DNA of 61,694 bases, counting the filler, from Cystobasidiomycetes sp. EMM_F5 (taxonomy: Eukaryota), in assembly GCA_051047955.1 (NCBI GenBank). It is 4 parts of 4 records of this genome, joined end to end, with 100 filler letters (N's around TTAATTAATTAA, not from the genome) between each part and the next. Parts side by side here need not be neighbours in the genome. Positions count along the whole stretch, not along the records: positions 1 to 21,548 come from JBPGPT010000072.1; 3 more parts are not named here. One strand, given 5' to 3'. The notes beneath the pieces are model-generated. The model was given only the letters and a program-made list of their open reading frames with translations. It ran no database searches and had not been told where the DNA came from. Both the position numbers and the translations under genes were made by a program. Positions 1 to 16,400 of this stretch are shown here, in pieces; position 1 is the first letter of the stretch; every line of letters begins with the position of its first letter.

Positions 1-1
1 T

Positions 2-61
2 CTCGACGTCGTCTACGCTCTTAAAAGACAAGGCAGAACCCTCTACGGTTTCGGAGCGTGA
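2..61 (+). CDS. HHF: Histone H4, 3' end only (truncated at window start)
   Basis: Translation LDVVYALKRQGRTLYGFGA* is the invariant H4 C-terminus. Confidence 0.97.
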   Translation, partial: LDVVYALKRQGRTLYGFGA

Positions 62-440
62 AGATATCCCCTCATGCCCCTACGCAAACTCCTCTCAGAC
101 CAGCCCTCTTCGAACTTCGCCTTCTGAGCTCATATACTCATCTTCTGTCTGGTCTGCTTCTGCCAGCTCCTGGTCTTGTCTTGTCGTTGTAGCATAGTCT
201 AGCCTGGGTCAAGCTGTGAAGTACGCTTCGAAACACGAATAGACGGCTCTTTGACCATCGACTATTCAATGCTGGCTGCTGACACTCACGAGTCACTAAC
301 ATTGCATGATTGCAAACTGTGCGGTCAAGCTGCCAAAGCAGATACATCCAAGTTGACTAAGACTATGCATTTCAAAAGTCCGAATAACGTGTTTCTGATC
401 GAAGAGGCCTTCAAGTAATAATATGCAGCATGAATGATAC

Positions 441-2570
441 CTAGAGTTCTTTGTTTGAGATCCACTTCCTGAACATCTCCAGTGCAGCAACTGGCTGGTC
501 AGTTGGGACCTGCAGGAATTCAGCATCAATCATCTGTATGCTGCAACTTCTGATCAGAGTACAGATAGCGCACCATGTGACCGGCGTCGAAGACCTCTAG
601 GAAGGTGTAGTTGCCTGCACCTGGTCCAGCAGAGATGAGTCTCCCTGCTGCTGCGCCGTCGACTATAAAGTCACGATCCTTTGCCTTCTCAATCTCCTTG
701 TGGAAGACATTGTCGAGTGCCTTGAACCACGCACGATTACCGACGTAATTGCACATACTGCCAGTGACAATTTCAAAAGACAGACTTCAGTATACACTAC
801 CATACTTCGAATTTGAAAAACGGCAGCCTAAACTCACGCATCCTGATTACCAGCATAAATAAGGACGCGAATACCAGCCTCGAGCATTGGTGGTAGTAGC
901 GCTGCGCTGTTATGCTGGCTGTCTCCAGTCATGAGGAACGCGCGATTGACCTCCATATTGCAGCTCGAGAAGTCGGCTTCGGAGTGTACGCCGAGCTCTT
1001 CCTTGATTTCCGGACGGGAGAGATACTTCTCAATCCAACCCATTTCCCTTTGTATCAAATGCGACGAGTCAGTAGACGTAAGAAGCAGTCGGGACTGACA
1101 TACTTGTAGCATAGCGGTCCATCTTCTCCTTGACGGTTGCAAGACCTGCGGATGTCGTACAGATTGCGGTCTGTAGCTTGTAAAGGCGAGTACATTCCCC
1201 AGCAGTACAGCGCCTGAATATGATAGCAACAATAGGATATTGAGTCTGGCAATCAAATTGAAACAATGCAGACACTCACCGCTGGCAAGCAAGAGAAGCG
1301 AGTAGGACTGTTGTAGCAATAGGATTGCAGCCTCTGACAAGTCGACACCTTATTCTCGATTGTTGTACATGCGCTCTGGTCAAGGAAGGCCGTCTGGCTG
1401 GGCGGGCACGAATACTCTGGCACGCTCGCAAATTGAAGGTATGGATCCGTGAGCCCGTTTCCAATCAGCAACGACTTGAGATTGATTGGAATATGCTTCT
1501 CTGTGTCCTTTGTCACTGATGGATGATTGTCTGCTACCTTCATTGCGTGCTCAAAAATGTAGCTGCCGAAGCTGTAGGATTATATGCATCAGCTGTGCGA
1601 ACATCGAACAAGTTTCGGTTGGTGCGGACTTTGGAATATAATGCCCAGCGTAGCTCTCCCCAGCAATGTTGAACTCGAGAGCAGAGTACTCTGGGAACGA
1701 CTTCATAAACAGCTGCAGGAATGCGTACACGTCCTTTGACGCATCGGCAGTAGTGACTACTGCGGGTCCTTCAGTATACGAATATCCGACTTGAACAGGC
1801 TGGTCTAGGAAGATCATATTGGAGGCTTCATTCCAAGACGAAGGGTTATAGACGGTCTTTTCACCCTCGGCAGCGATAAGGCAAGGCCCTAGCTCGAAGA
1901 GGAGTCCAGTCGTGCTCGAACATCCTGGACCGCCGTCTATTGTATAGCAACATCAAAGTCAGCAGGGATGCGTAGAAGCGATAGCGAATAAGTCGACCCA
2001 CTCAACCACAGCGTCAAGGGATCCTTGCTTGGCTTTGACCTCGACTCGAAGAACCAAAAGAAGAGATGCTTCTGATCGCTAATGTCTAGGAATCCGCTAA
2101 TCTGCTTGACACCGGGATCACATAGCTTTGGCTTCTTTGAGTTGATCCGCAGCTTGTATTCGGGAAAGGCGGCGTGCGATACGGTGATGACTGGAGTGAT
2201 GGGAGTGTATGCCAATCATCAGTACACACGCTCGTCATCTGATGCACTCGACACGTAACCGCTTCAATGTGCAGTGCGTGCCCCTATTTTCAGACTGCAT
2301 GGACCACTCACATCGAGGATCGTTGATGTGCTGCTTGACCCATTTAGCACCTTTGCTCACCACGTTGCCGTAGTTTCCCGTCAAAACATCTGTGAGTCCC
2401 TTTGTGTCGGCCAGGAGATTGTCAAAGTCGTTGGTTGCAGCCTTCGTGATGCCGGATCCGAAAGTGAGCTGGTGCTGCTGTTGCTGCCCGTCAAATGCTG
2501 ATGGCGCTGCTTGAACGGCTGCCAGCAGAGCGGTGGAAGCTGTTGCTGCGACTGCTGTGAGGTATCGCAT
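441..2570 (-). CDS. PRC1: Serine carboxypeptidase S10 (carboxypeptidase Y-like), multi-exon
   Basis: Signal peptide [57 protein letters not shown] nucleophile motif; [19 protein letters not shown]; last exon ends KWISNKEL* at 441. Confidence 0.93.
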
Positions 2571-3245
2571 GTTGGGCGTCGGGTTTGAAGACGAGTCGAC
2601 AACTTCAAAGGCAACCTTCGGGATCTCGAGCCGCCGACATGTGCATGCATGAGGATGTTGAAAATGGACCGCCGATCAAGCCATTGAAGCGCAAGGGTAC
2701 ATCAGAAGCTGACCGTTGTTCAATTCATCCCTCAATGGTCATGGTCCTCAATCTCCAACGCCCGCCAGGCTGACATTGATGTGTGATGGCTGTCCGTCGA
2801 ATCACGCAGTTCATTTCGTATGAATGGACATAAACAAAGTGACTCCCATCAACCACGCACTTATGTACTCGAACTTGAGACTGTGTGTACGAAATGCCAA
2901 CCTGTCTCAACACAAACACACAAGGTGGTTTGCCCAGAGTACCTACAGCCGACCTGATGACGCAGTGAGGTCGGCTGATGAAGAGTCACCAGTCTAGACC
3001 TTGCGGCCAGCGAGTTTGTCTGTTTTGACTATTCTACTGTAAACTCCTCGCTCCGAGACTGCAGCTGTGCTTGCTTGACCGGTATCGCCGTCAGTTTGGC
3101 CTTCAACTTGGCAACGTCAGCGGGCCCTCTTGAGCTCAGGTCTTGTGTTCAGCCTTTGCCTTTACGACGCGACAATACCAGCACACAGCCCTGCGTGAAC
3201 ACCTGCGTCTCTGCAGCACTCAGCACACTACGAGAACACTCAATC

Positions 3246-6133
<2,888 letters not shown>

Positions 6134-6621
6134 TTAGCTCGCATAGCTACGAGAGTACAAAGCTTTGTCGAACGCAGTCTCATCTCTCGATGACCAAAAT
6201 TGGGACCACGACGTCGAGCTCACTACCCCTCGTCTCATACACATTGTTTGCCGTTGTCCGTGATAATCTCAAGAAGCTTTCTAAAGCTCATAATGCCGCA
6301 GTCTTCCATTCTACACGTCGTTGTACCATTTCATTCCGAGATAATCTGACATACAAAGTACCATGCTCTGCGTAACTGTGCTGCTACAGTGTGCTACGCG
6401 CATTGTGGGTTATCTCAAAAGAGGTAATCGTAACAAAAACAATTTCGACATGCCGTGTTTCATTACGTGTTTGATACAAGCGCAACGTCGTAATTATCAT
6501 ACGAGGGATGAGTATCGTTCTGAGGCTATGAAGTCGTCAATTACGGGGAGAAGGGTGTCATGCACCTTGAGCGTTGCATGCGGGTTTGACGTGAAGAGGC
6601 TTGATCTTGTACATACCCTGC

Positions 6622-7800
6622 TCATTGCTGTGGCGAGGTCGACTCTTGTCCATCTGTATGGGGAGGAGAACGTCGCGGATTCGAGACCAACGCGCGCTGC
6701 TCGTACATCGGATGAACGAACCGCATGTCGTGACGGTAAGGTACATAAGGTTCAAAGAGTCTGACGCCAGGGATGCGCTTGTCCATCGCTGGAAACATGA
6801 CAGGGTCTACTTGATGAGGAGACTCTGTATGGTAAAGTCGTCCAATAGGCATCGACCGAGCAGGGTACATGGGAGGCAAGCGACCGTCAAGCCGGTACGA
6901 CGAGGAAGCGATGGGCAGGGCTGGTAGCAAATGGGGTGTTGATGGTGTCCCAAGAGGCGGCAGCAGGAAATCGACATGCTTTGGCGAATATCGATTTCCC
7001 GTGTTTGGTCGAGAAGACGCGGGAAGGTGGCGATGCCCTTTCGGAGAAGCGGCGGGGCCTGTTACAGTGCAGAAAACGCATTCAGCAGTCAGTCATCAAT
7101 TGGTGTGAAAAGCTTTTGTGCAGCTCTTCGGAGCGAAAAAGTATGCTGATTCAGCATGGCCAAGGCAGACTTACTTGAAGATCGACGGACTGCGCCCGTT
7201 CGCCCTCTCGGAGGTGCGTCGATGCAGTCTGTTTGACCGACACGTACGCATCTGTCTCTTCGATTTAGCTGGGAATCCTGAAGGAGTCTGAATGTATTTT
7301 TCGTACCGTTTGCATGGTCTACTCTCATCGCACTTCTTGTGTGTCTAAAGAAGCATCACAATGTAAGCTTTTGTCCACTGTCACTCCAACGGAGTCATTA
7401 TAGACTAGCGCAGACGGATGTCAGACGCAAGGTGATGACTCACTGTTCGGCACCGGACGCAAGAAAGCGCAGTTTGGGCTCGCTTCTTTTGATATCTACG
7501 CATCGTATTTACGGGTGAATTCGGACCAGATGCAGGAAAGTACGGCGAAGGACTTCTCTTGCGCTTGGAGCTTGGTGTTGTAGCCGCAAAGTCGGACTCG
7601 GGATCCGACGTATCGACTAGTGGAATGAGTGGAGAATCATCCGTGAACGTCAGAGAGGGGGAGAGAAGATTGTTCCGCTCGTAAGGGTCCGGATCCGGAC
7701 ACGCTGATTGGGCCTGCGGAGGTGTATACTGGACCGCCTCAGTATATCCAGCTGCATCCAGCAGCAGGTCGAGGCCAGTAGGTAGTCGTGAAGCGTGCAT
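6622..7800 (-). CDS. Zn2Cys6 transcription factor (short; no Fungal_trans domain seen), 4 exons
   Basis: Spliced reading CVRCRT|THKKCDESRPCKR|CVRVGQTDC (CX2CX6CX5CX2CX7C) with GT-AG introns; the last exon joins ORF 6622..6930 in frame. Confidence 0.8.
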
Positions 7801-8812
7801 GATAGCGTTAAATGGGGAGAACAAGTGAAAGTGCGGAGGAGACCTGGAAGCGGACGCAGCCAGACTGTCGTAAGTCCTCCCCGCGACGACGTGGATTGCA
7901 CGACAGTGCAACGTATTTCAGCGGGCAGCACTGGCCGTCGGACTTGCTTTGCCACAGACGCCTCACTTGCGCAACCATGAACGCGAGCAAAAGACTGGCG
8001 TTCAACAACTTTAGCAAGAATTTGGCCCTTTGTTGCGACCTGCAAAAGATCGAGATCCGCCTTCTTGCCCGCTCAGTCTTCTCGGAGCACACGTTCAACG
8101 GTAAGATTGCTCCTTCAACGGCGACCGTCAAGACGTCCGACATTGCATCCGGCAGAGGACAGGCTGTCGGAGCGAATACTCGCCCTTTACACCGTCTTAC
8201 TGACTGCGAGCACCGTGAGATGCTGTACGCCCTGCACTGCCTTTAGTAAGTTCTGCCCCCTCAACGATGCTGAAAAGCCCCGCTTCCGGGTTAGTACCGC
8301 ATCCCTTCCCACTATAGTGGGGCTGATTTCATCTCGGAGGAGGAATATGCGAAGTTTCACTATGAAACTTGTCTTTAAAGCACTCCGCCAACACATTCAA
8401 GCATTGTTAGCGTTTGCCAGAGTCAGCTCGCTCGTTCAGCTGCAACTGCAGGAAACCTCGCGATTCGTTCGAATCGGCGGATGATTTAGCAAAGCGTTAG
8501 AGGGTAATATTCGCACTTCTACATTGAAGTAAAGCAACGAAGATAAAATGCTCAGCACACGCAAGGCTGTTCCTACCAGAAATGTTACACCGGGGGTTGT
8601 CGCGAGCCTTGAAGTCGCTGATTAAGTGTTGAGGCAGCCAGGGAAGTGAGGCCGTCCACAGTCTGTCTTTATCTAGCAGACCAACGGTCAGCGCAACTCT
8701 TGCATCGTGATTGATCGGACACACGTATTCGAAGCCAGTCTTGTCGCGCACGTTGCATGGAGCCCAATGGCATAACGCCCGTCAATACATCTTCTGCACA
8801 CATGCTTCCTTT

Positions 8813-10704
8813 ATGATGCCGCTGAAAGTCAACGGCGTGGTTGTGCCAGACACGGCGCTGTTGATATTGTTTTGCAGCACGCTCGTGACGCTGAGTTCGG
8901 GAACAAATTGTACAGCTACACGAAGACGAAGAGCACCATGAGACACAACCAGACTGACTGACCCTGCTGCCAGATGTCGTGGGCTCTTGGGCGCCGCAAT
9001 ACGCGGATCGAATGCACTATTCCAGTACGCAGATCAACCTGGTTGCGGCAGCTGGAAATTGGGGTGTAAGATGTTTCCTATGAATCCGTGGGCGCGCATA
9101 TGCGCTGCAGAGGAGATGCATACTCAGACCTGCTACAGGTGTATACGTCCGGACCATTCTTCGGATTCGCAGCAGACAAGAAAGGTCCACGGATTATCAC
9201 CTTGCTAGGAGCGATAGCGCTAGGAACAGGCTATTGCGGACTCTGTTGGGCATATTCCGCGGCAACATCGCATGATACACCAATCTCTTTGATTGTCATC
9301 TTCAGCTATCTGACCGGACTCGGTTCTTCGGCTGGCAGTACTGCAGGACTGAATGCTGTTGCACGAATTTTTCCAGCGGAGACTGTTAGTGCAATGGTAG
9401 TCTCGACGCGCTTTTGCTCCAGCTGATACAGACTACAGCGCGGCCTGGCAATGGGTATTGTAGTAGCAGGCTACGGTCTCAGCGCATTCCTATATGCAAC
9501 TATATCTGGCTACATCGTCGGAGACAACACTACGGCGTTCCTATTCATCCTAGCATTAGGCACATCTGCTTCTTTTGCGTTCGCAGGAGCACTCTTCACG
9601 CCAGATCGGTTGCGCACCTATTCGGCCATACCTACCGAAGACAACCTAGAAAGGGGCTCAAGCGAAATGAGCGGTCTCAGTCACAATGTCAACGATTCAC
9701 ATGAGGACGAATATCAGACGGAGGGCACAAAACCTATCAGTAACGTAATGACGTCGGATACTGGCGGACTGATGCTTTTCAAGCATGTCGACTACTGGTA
9801 TCTAATGGTCATTGCGCTATGTACCACCGGAACCGGTTTGATGTGGATTAACAATGTCGGAACGATCGTTGGTGAGCATGTCTCGTTGAAGGCGAGAGAG
9901 TCCATGTTTTAACTGAGATTCTGACAGTCACTCTGGCAAAATTCAATAACACGCCCGGCAGCTCATCCCGATTGCAAGCCCATCAGACTTCGCTATTGTC
10001 GCTGTTCAAGTTTGTTTGAGGATCCTACGCAACGTTTGCCATTTGCATCATACTGATTCAAAGCCGGTATAACAGCTGTCTGGGACGATTGTTCATCGGG
10101 GCTGCGAGCGATAAATCCAAGAGCAAGTACAATGTTCGACCTGTTTGGTGGCTTGTATGCCTCTGCCTATCCTTCATTCTCAGTCAAATCCTGGCGAAAG
10201 GTTCAGCAAACCTTGCAGACCTAAGCGTAGCCACGTCTGCCACAGGCTTTGCTTACGGCCAGTTCTATGGCATCGCTCCTATCATATTGTTGTGCGTCAC
10301 AGTCGCAGCACCGGCGGCTGTGCCAACTGATGCAGTACTTGCAGAGATTGGTACGGCATGACGTATTTCAGTACCAATGTCGGGACTCTTTACGTTGTCC
10401 CTACACTTTCGAGTAGGTACTCCGTCGCGTCAGCTGGAATGCGGTCTCATACCATAGCTTTCTAGGTTACTTCTTCTCCAACCTTTTTGGGCAAATATAC
10501 GATAGCAACATAGAAAAGGGACTTCAAACTAGAGCAGGAGTGACCGACGGGCACAGTCACGTATGCGAGCTCGGCTTGGTGTGCTACTCGCGAGCTTTTA
10601 GCTACACCATTTTTGCGTGTCTGATCGCCTTAGGGTTGAGTCTATTGCTCTCGTGGCGTAGAGGGATCAGCAAGACAGCCCTGTACGCATCGTCAGCATT
10701 GTAG
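8813..10704 (+). CDS. MFS transporter, MCH1/nodulin-like family, multi-exon
   Basis: SSGTN|YVVGSWAPQYADRMHYSSTQIN, GPFFGFAADKKGPR, GLMWINNVG, GRLFIGAASD, and C-terminal CELGLVCYSRAF followed by a TM helix. Confidence 0.85.
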
Positions 10705-10915
10705 CAGCCATGTAGTCGGTCAGTAATGCAAATCAGTGATACCATGACCGGATGATGTCAAGCCCGATCAATGAATTCGCGTGCCGCGCCCGCTGCTACT
10801 GCTACAACAACACATTCGTTGAATGTCATGGTCGTGATACTTGAGGAGCGAGCCCAGCTCAACTACCTCGATCTATGTCAGGCTCCCTAATTGCTTCTCA
10901 TAATATGCTTCTGCT

Positions 10916-13060
10916 TCACTGTCTAATCTTGATGCGATGTACGCGACGCACTGTGCTCGAATTTTCGATACCGCTCCTACGTTTTGGATCCATAGACCGT
11001 TTCGTAATCACTTTATCGTCGGGTAGAGGTGAGCGCTTCGAGGCACTCTGCAAAGGTTCTGCTTTGCCTGCCCTTCTATCATCGGACCCAGCTTCTTCCG
11101 CAGTATGTTGCTCATAGCCCGCTTGTGTTTGTTCATGACCAACGGTATGTAAACTGACCCCGTTCTCATCCAGTCGATCATTTTCCCTATGCCAAAGCGT
11201 CTCCTCGCGAGACGAACCCTTTCGCCATATGTTCATAACCTTCCAGTCAAACTCCATGACTTCGTCATTGTCGCCAATAAACCAGGGAGGTAGCTCCCAC
11301 CACCACGTTTGACGCTTAATCTCTTGATAGTGTATCATCAATTTCCGCTGCCATCGCCTCGGTCTGCGATCTGGCTCGAGTCTGATACGCAATGTGTTGG
11401 GCGCATCTTCAGGAAGGCGTATCACAGTGGGTCGCCTGACTGAGTCTATGCGCGTGAACTGATCGCCCACGCTGAGTTCGTGCTTTTCCACACATTGCCT
11501 AAAAGCACGCGCTATCAGTAAACAAAGCGTGACGCGTATTGAGAGTAACCCAAATACTCACGCTGCCTGTTCCGGAAACCATGGTTTGCACACTTTACCG
11601 AGGTGCATTGGTGTCCTGACTGTGTAACCCGAATCGGAAAAGCCCGCATACTCATCCGGCCGTTGCAAGCTGGCGTCATCGAGAACGGCTTCGATCTCGT
11701 GGCGAGTCAACTCTGCGTCCACTTCGAGAATGTCTCGGCCGGACACTACGAATTTACGACCGGGAACAAAGACATCTTGACCATGTACGTCTGATATATG
11801 TGCCCAACTCAGATTGCGTCCAGCGTATCCTTCGGATTGTCGGAGCCATGCAGCAGATAGCCAAGTCTCGTCCGTCCCGCCTTCTGCAAACCCGCCATTT
11901 TCTGGCGCTAATCTAGCAAAGAAAGCTTCTGGTGTCGCTAAAGGTGCGTAATCCAACCAAGAACGTTCAAACCCGGGAGAAGCAAGATTGAAGAAGGCCA
12001 ACTGGCCCATGATGAGAAGTAGGGAAGGAGAGTATGGATGAATGCCGACCATTGAATATTGTGCTAGCAGTGAAAAAGGAATGTGCGAAAGCCGTCCAAG
12101 ATGAACATCCTGTCGAGACAAATTTTAGCGATTCCCCCACACTATTGGCACTTGCCGACTGTAGCGCCTACAGTATCAACCCATCCCCACAAAGGATTTT
12201 CAGGGTGAATAAAGTATTCTCGGTATAATTGGCCATGCAATGGCTTGAACTCGTTGTTGATCGGGTCTGGCCGTTCATGTAAACGATCAAGCTGCAGGAG
12301 AGACTTTCAGTATACGAAGGCATCGCGAGTATCCTGAAATTTGACTGACGACCTTGTTCCGCTGGTGAACATTGCATTTCCACCCAGCATCTGAACACAG
12401 GTAGTCCCGCTTCATCTGCAGAGCCTTCTCGCGCGACATGCAGACTATGCGAATGTTTCCGCCATTCTTCCAGTTCCAAGCAGGTCCGTCGCGTTCGATA
12501 CCGTCTGTCTTGCTGAATTCGTTGTTTCCATCCAAGCATTTCGACCGGTCACTGGATATGTGCACAACGAGCAAGTCCATGACATCTGCGTTGAGTGCTG
12601 CGGAGCGGAAGAAGTTGTTCATGTACGACGGCCGATTGTCGCTACTCCAGATGTTAATGAGCGTTACTCGTCGAAAAGCCGACGGGAGTTGCGATAAAGC
12701 TGGCGGCATCAGATCTGCGGAGGGCGAGTAGGGTGTTGTATGGCCGTCGAAAGCATCCTCATAGCCGCTAGAGCTCCCAGGCCGGGCAGAATTTGTGCTT
12801 GTGCTATTGCTTCCATTGCCCGTGAAACTGGCAATCTGGCTAGACGCCGCGCTGGCCAGCGATCCAGCAACATCCTGCACGTTGCCGCTCGTTGTGAAAG
12901 ACAGCACCAGAGCAGCGCTACTCAGCAGCACTCCAAGTGTCAGGCGTGTCGATTTTCGACGCCAAAACGGGACATTGTTGACTCCGTGGCTGCGGGCAGT
13001 GCCGTCGATGGACTCGTACATGGCGGTTGTTGATGCTGCAGGCGAGCGGAGACCCAGCAT
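10916..13060 (-). CDS. Type II membrane protein, putative DUF6625-like glycosyltransferase
   Basis: N-terminal TM helix and Ser/Thr-rich stem; RVTLINIW..PSYMNNFFRSAALNADVMDLLVV; spliced EFKPLHGQLYREYF...WGWVDT|DVHLGRL with a DxD motif. Confidence 0.6.
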
Positions 13061-13499
13061 GTTTACAGAACACTTAAAGGGCTGGCAAAAGTCGACCAGC
13101 GACTAGAAGCGCGAATTCGGGAGATACAGCATGTTCGTGACGGTTCAACAGCCTCCGGGGTCAGACCTGGATCGCCACTGGAATGCAATACCAGGCGCAT
13201 AAAGAAGCACGATGCAAATTTGGGTAACCTACAAGTGACGACCTTCTGATCTTGTGTAAGCGTCTACAACTGACAACAGAAATTAACGAAATTGTTGCGG
13301 CACTACTGTCCATGTATAAGTCGGAACACTCAGCCTAGACTTCTGCCTGCGGACCATCATGTACTATTGAAGCGCCTCGGACGTATCCGAGAGCGCAACT
13401 TGGACTGCAACTTGAACCGCTACTAAGACTGCAACGAAGACTTAAAAACTTCAGACAGGATCTGCAACAATCACACCAACTCAGCCAACAGCGTTCATA

Positions 13500-16400
13500 T
13501 TAGATTCCAAATGCATGACATACATCGTCGAGAAGAGTGTAGACGAGATGCTGATTGAGTCGCCGATTTTGCATGACAGAGAAAATTCGACGCGCTCCAC
13601 TTCGGGCGTTGGAGCGCCCAATAAAGCTGGCCGCTATATCCGGCATCAGATGAGTGAGTTTTCGGTAGGCAGACTCGCGTGTCTGCAGTTTTTCTTCAAG
13701 CGACCGCGGCGGTGTCGAGGCGCGCAGCTTTCCGTCCGGGTAGAGGAGGTCACTTAGCATCTCGATGTGTGGCAATAGCGCGTCTCCAGCCAAGCTCAGC
13801 GTAATGGCTTCGCGGAATTTCCTCTCAATCGTGCCACCCAGAACTTGTTGTAGAATGATGATGATGGCTTGACGACGCAGCCAACTGCTTTTATCTTTGA
13901 GGTCAAACACCTCCACAAGCAAATTGGCAATGGGCGCTGTGAAAGAGGTAAGCCCTTCTGAATCTGCCGATCGCAAAGACCCTGTTGGCCCCGAAGATAA
14001 CAGGTCTAGGGTCGCTCCGTTGTCGAACGAAACATCAGCCGACGACGTAGCGATGCTCTTGATCGACGCGGATTCGCTACCACCCGGTGACTGAGAAGAG
14101 GCGATGACATCTTCGCTACTCAAGGCATAAGCCGCGGCAGTAGACGCAAAGTCGGCTGCCTGCTGACTCAGCCGCATGATCATAGCATCGAGCATCGGCG
14201 GACCTCCGAAGACGTCGTCCATGCCGGTTGTTACTGACTGTAGGAGGTTGCGAATCAGACCTTGTCCTGGAATAATCTCCGCCGCTGCGGAAAGTGAAGA
14301 GGCTAGAAGCGATTCCCTCGGAGCGATAGAAACATTCTGCTGGGACAGGAAGCTGCGTAGCTCTTTTGCTTCAAGGGCTGCAGGGATGGAGAGCAGCAAT
14401 CGAAGATATTTCTCGAGGCCGACTTGCCGTTGCTGAAGGAAGGTATGACTCATTGAGGCAACAAGCCTTTTCTGCGGAAGTTCCAGATTTCGTACTGCTG
14501 GTATCGCTTCCTTCAGTGCTGCGTGTAGAGTGACAAATTCGCTAAAGCGTCTGGTCACAAGCCAGCCTGCAATAGTAGTCTTGCCGTCGTCCGCTAGTCT
14601 GTGCACCTCCACTAGATACAGAGCGAAATTTTTTCCTTGAGCCTGACCCACCGACGTTCCGACGATAGCCACAGACGTCCGGTTGGGGAGAAAACGGTCA
14701 TCTCCATTCATGCTGTCCTGCTGACGTTGCTGATATTCAAGGTCCTTCATCTCGCGATGTAGGGCATCAAGCGACTTGTGCAGAATCTTCAGCTCATTTT
14801 CACCGCCGGAGTGCGTGGCCTTCACTACGAGCGCTCGTATCACGACCTCTTGGCTGCCCAGCTCCTGAAGTCTGTGTGCAATGTTGTCTTTGTTCGTCGC
14901 TTTAGGAGGCTTGATGACAGCCGACTCGCGGACATTGTTGGTATCATCAGTGTCGTAGCCTTCGACACTGACAGCCGAAGCCCTCCGCAATGGATGTCCT
15001 AGAGTGTCAACGCTTGCTTTGAAGTGTACCTCAGGGCTGGATTCTAGCGACGCGTCTGCTGACACCGATGCACTTTGACTCGGCGTGAATCGATCCGCTG
15101 CCGTGGCATCTGTGGAGCCGGGCACGAACGATGCTTTCGGAATGCGTGAGCTAGAATGAGAATCATTCTCTTCGGCTAGAATGGAAGAAAGAGCGTCTTG
15201 AATGGCAGTAATGGTTGCGAGTTGGTCCAAATCGTCAGGTTCGTCAGGCGTCGGTACATCCAGTACACCGGTATCACTTGCTCGCACAGGCGTTTTCTCG
15301 TCGGAAAACAATGGTGTCCGGACGGCCTCAGATGTCTCAGCTGACGTAGATCCCGTCAAAAAGGTCAGCTCATTCGACTTGGACAAGTCGAGTTTGATAG
15401 GCGTCTCTGACACTTTGCTACGATGGCCACGAGACTGTTCTATGGAAATACTCGATCCAGCCCGATGCGTATGACCAGGCCTTGCAGCGAACCCTACGCC
15501 GGATGATTTTGACGGAGTAGAGCTTGGGAGAAGCGGCGTACTTGTCGCCCGACCGTTCAGGTGAGGCCGGGACAGATCAAGCCTACGCAATTGATCCGCG
15601 CTGATTCCCGTTTGGATGGTTTGAGCAGGCAAATCTGCGATTGCTTTGACATACAGCTCGCTGCGCTGGAAGGCTGGCCAATCTGTTTCAGACATGTTAT
15701 CCAGTACGTGTTGTTGGGCCGCGAAAATTTTCTGACGAGTACTAAAGTACACATCCGCTGACATCGGTTGCGACGGAGCCGTCTTCATGGCCAGACAAAC
15801 GTTCTGCAGCGCCGTTATGAGGTGGATGGGGACTACACCAGATGGCATGTTTGGTGATTGAAGGTAGACCGTCAAGAGTAGTTCCAGGTCATCTCGTAAA
15901 GTGTAGGAAGCAGCAACACTGGGTTGCGTACTCTTGGCGTAGAAAGACACGTTGGGCGTATCAATTAATGGGTCCTTCAGCCCTTCCACTGTGAGGTAGA
16001 ATTGTACAAGCATTGATCGGCTGCGACGATCCAGATATTCCATGAAGAACGATAAAGCGCCCGGATGCTGCAGGATATCCAACAGCGTCGTACTACCTCC
16101 CAGCGATGGAGGTATAGCGCTGTCTCCGCCTAAACTTGTTATTCGTTGATTCACAGCCTGCTTTGCAGTAGCTAACCGATCAATGTATTTGACGATTGTA
16201 TCTTTCGATTCATTCGAAAAGGCTGATGATGCAGAATGGTTGGCCTAAGGTTGAAACATGACATACTACACCTACCATCCGGCTGCTTGGCTTTGCGAAG
16301 GCTACTTTCGATGTCATTGCGAATTCGTTTAGCTTCCAAAAGGCTGGTCAGACGACCGAGATAGCGGATATAGCTATCAAATTGTTTTCCCGAACTCCTT

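Noticed and set aside
7812..8751. Several overlapping 70-145 aa ORFs between the Zn2Cys6 gene and the MFS gene
   Set aside because: No motifs or consistent splice structure; most likely divergent promoter and UTR sequence.
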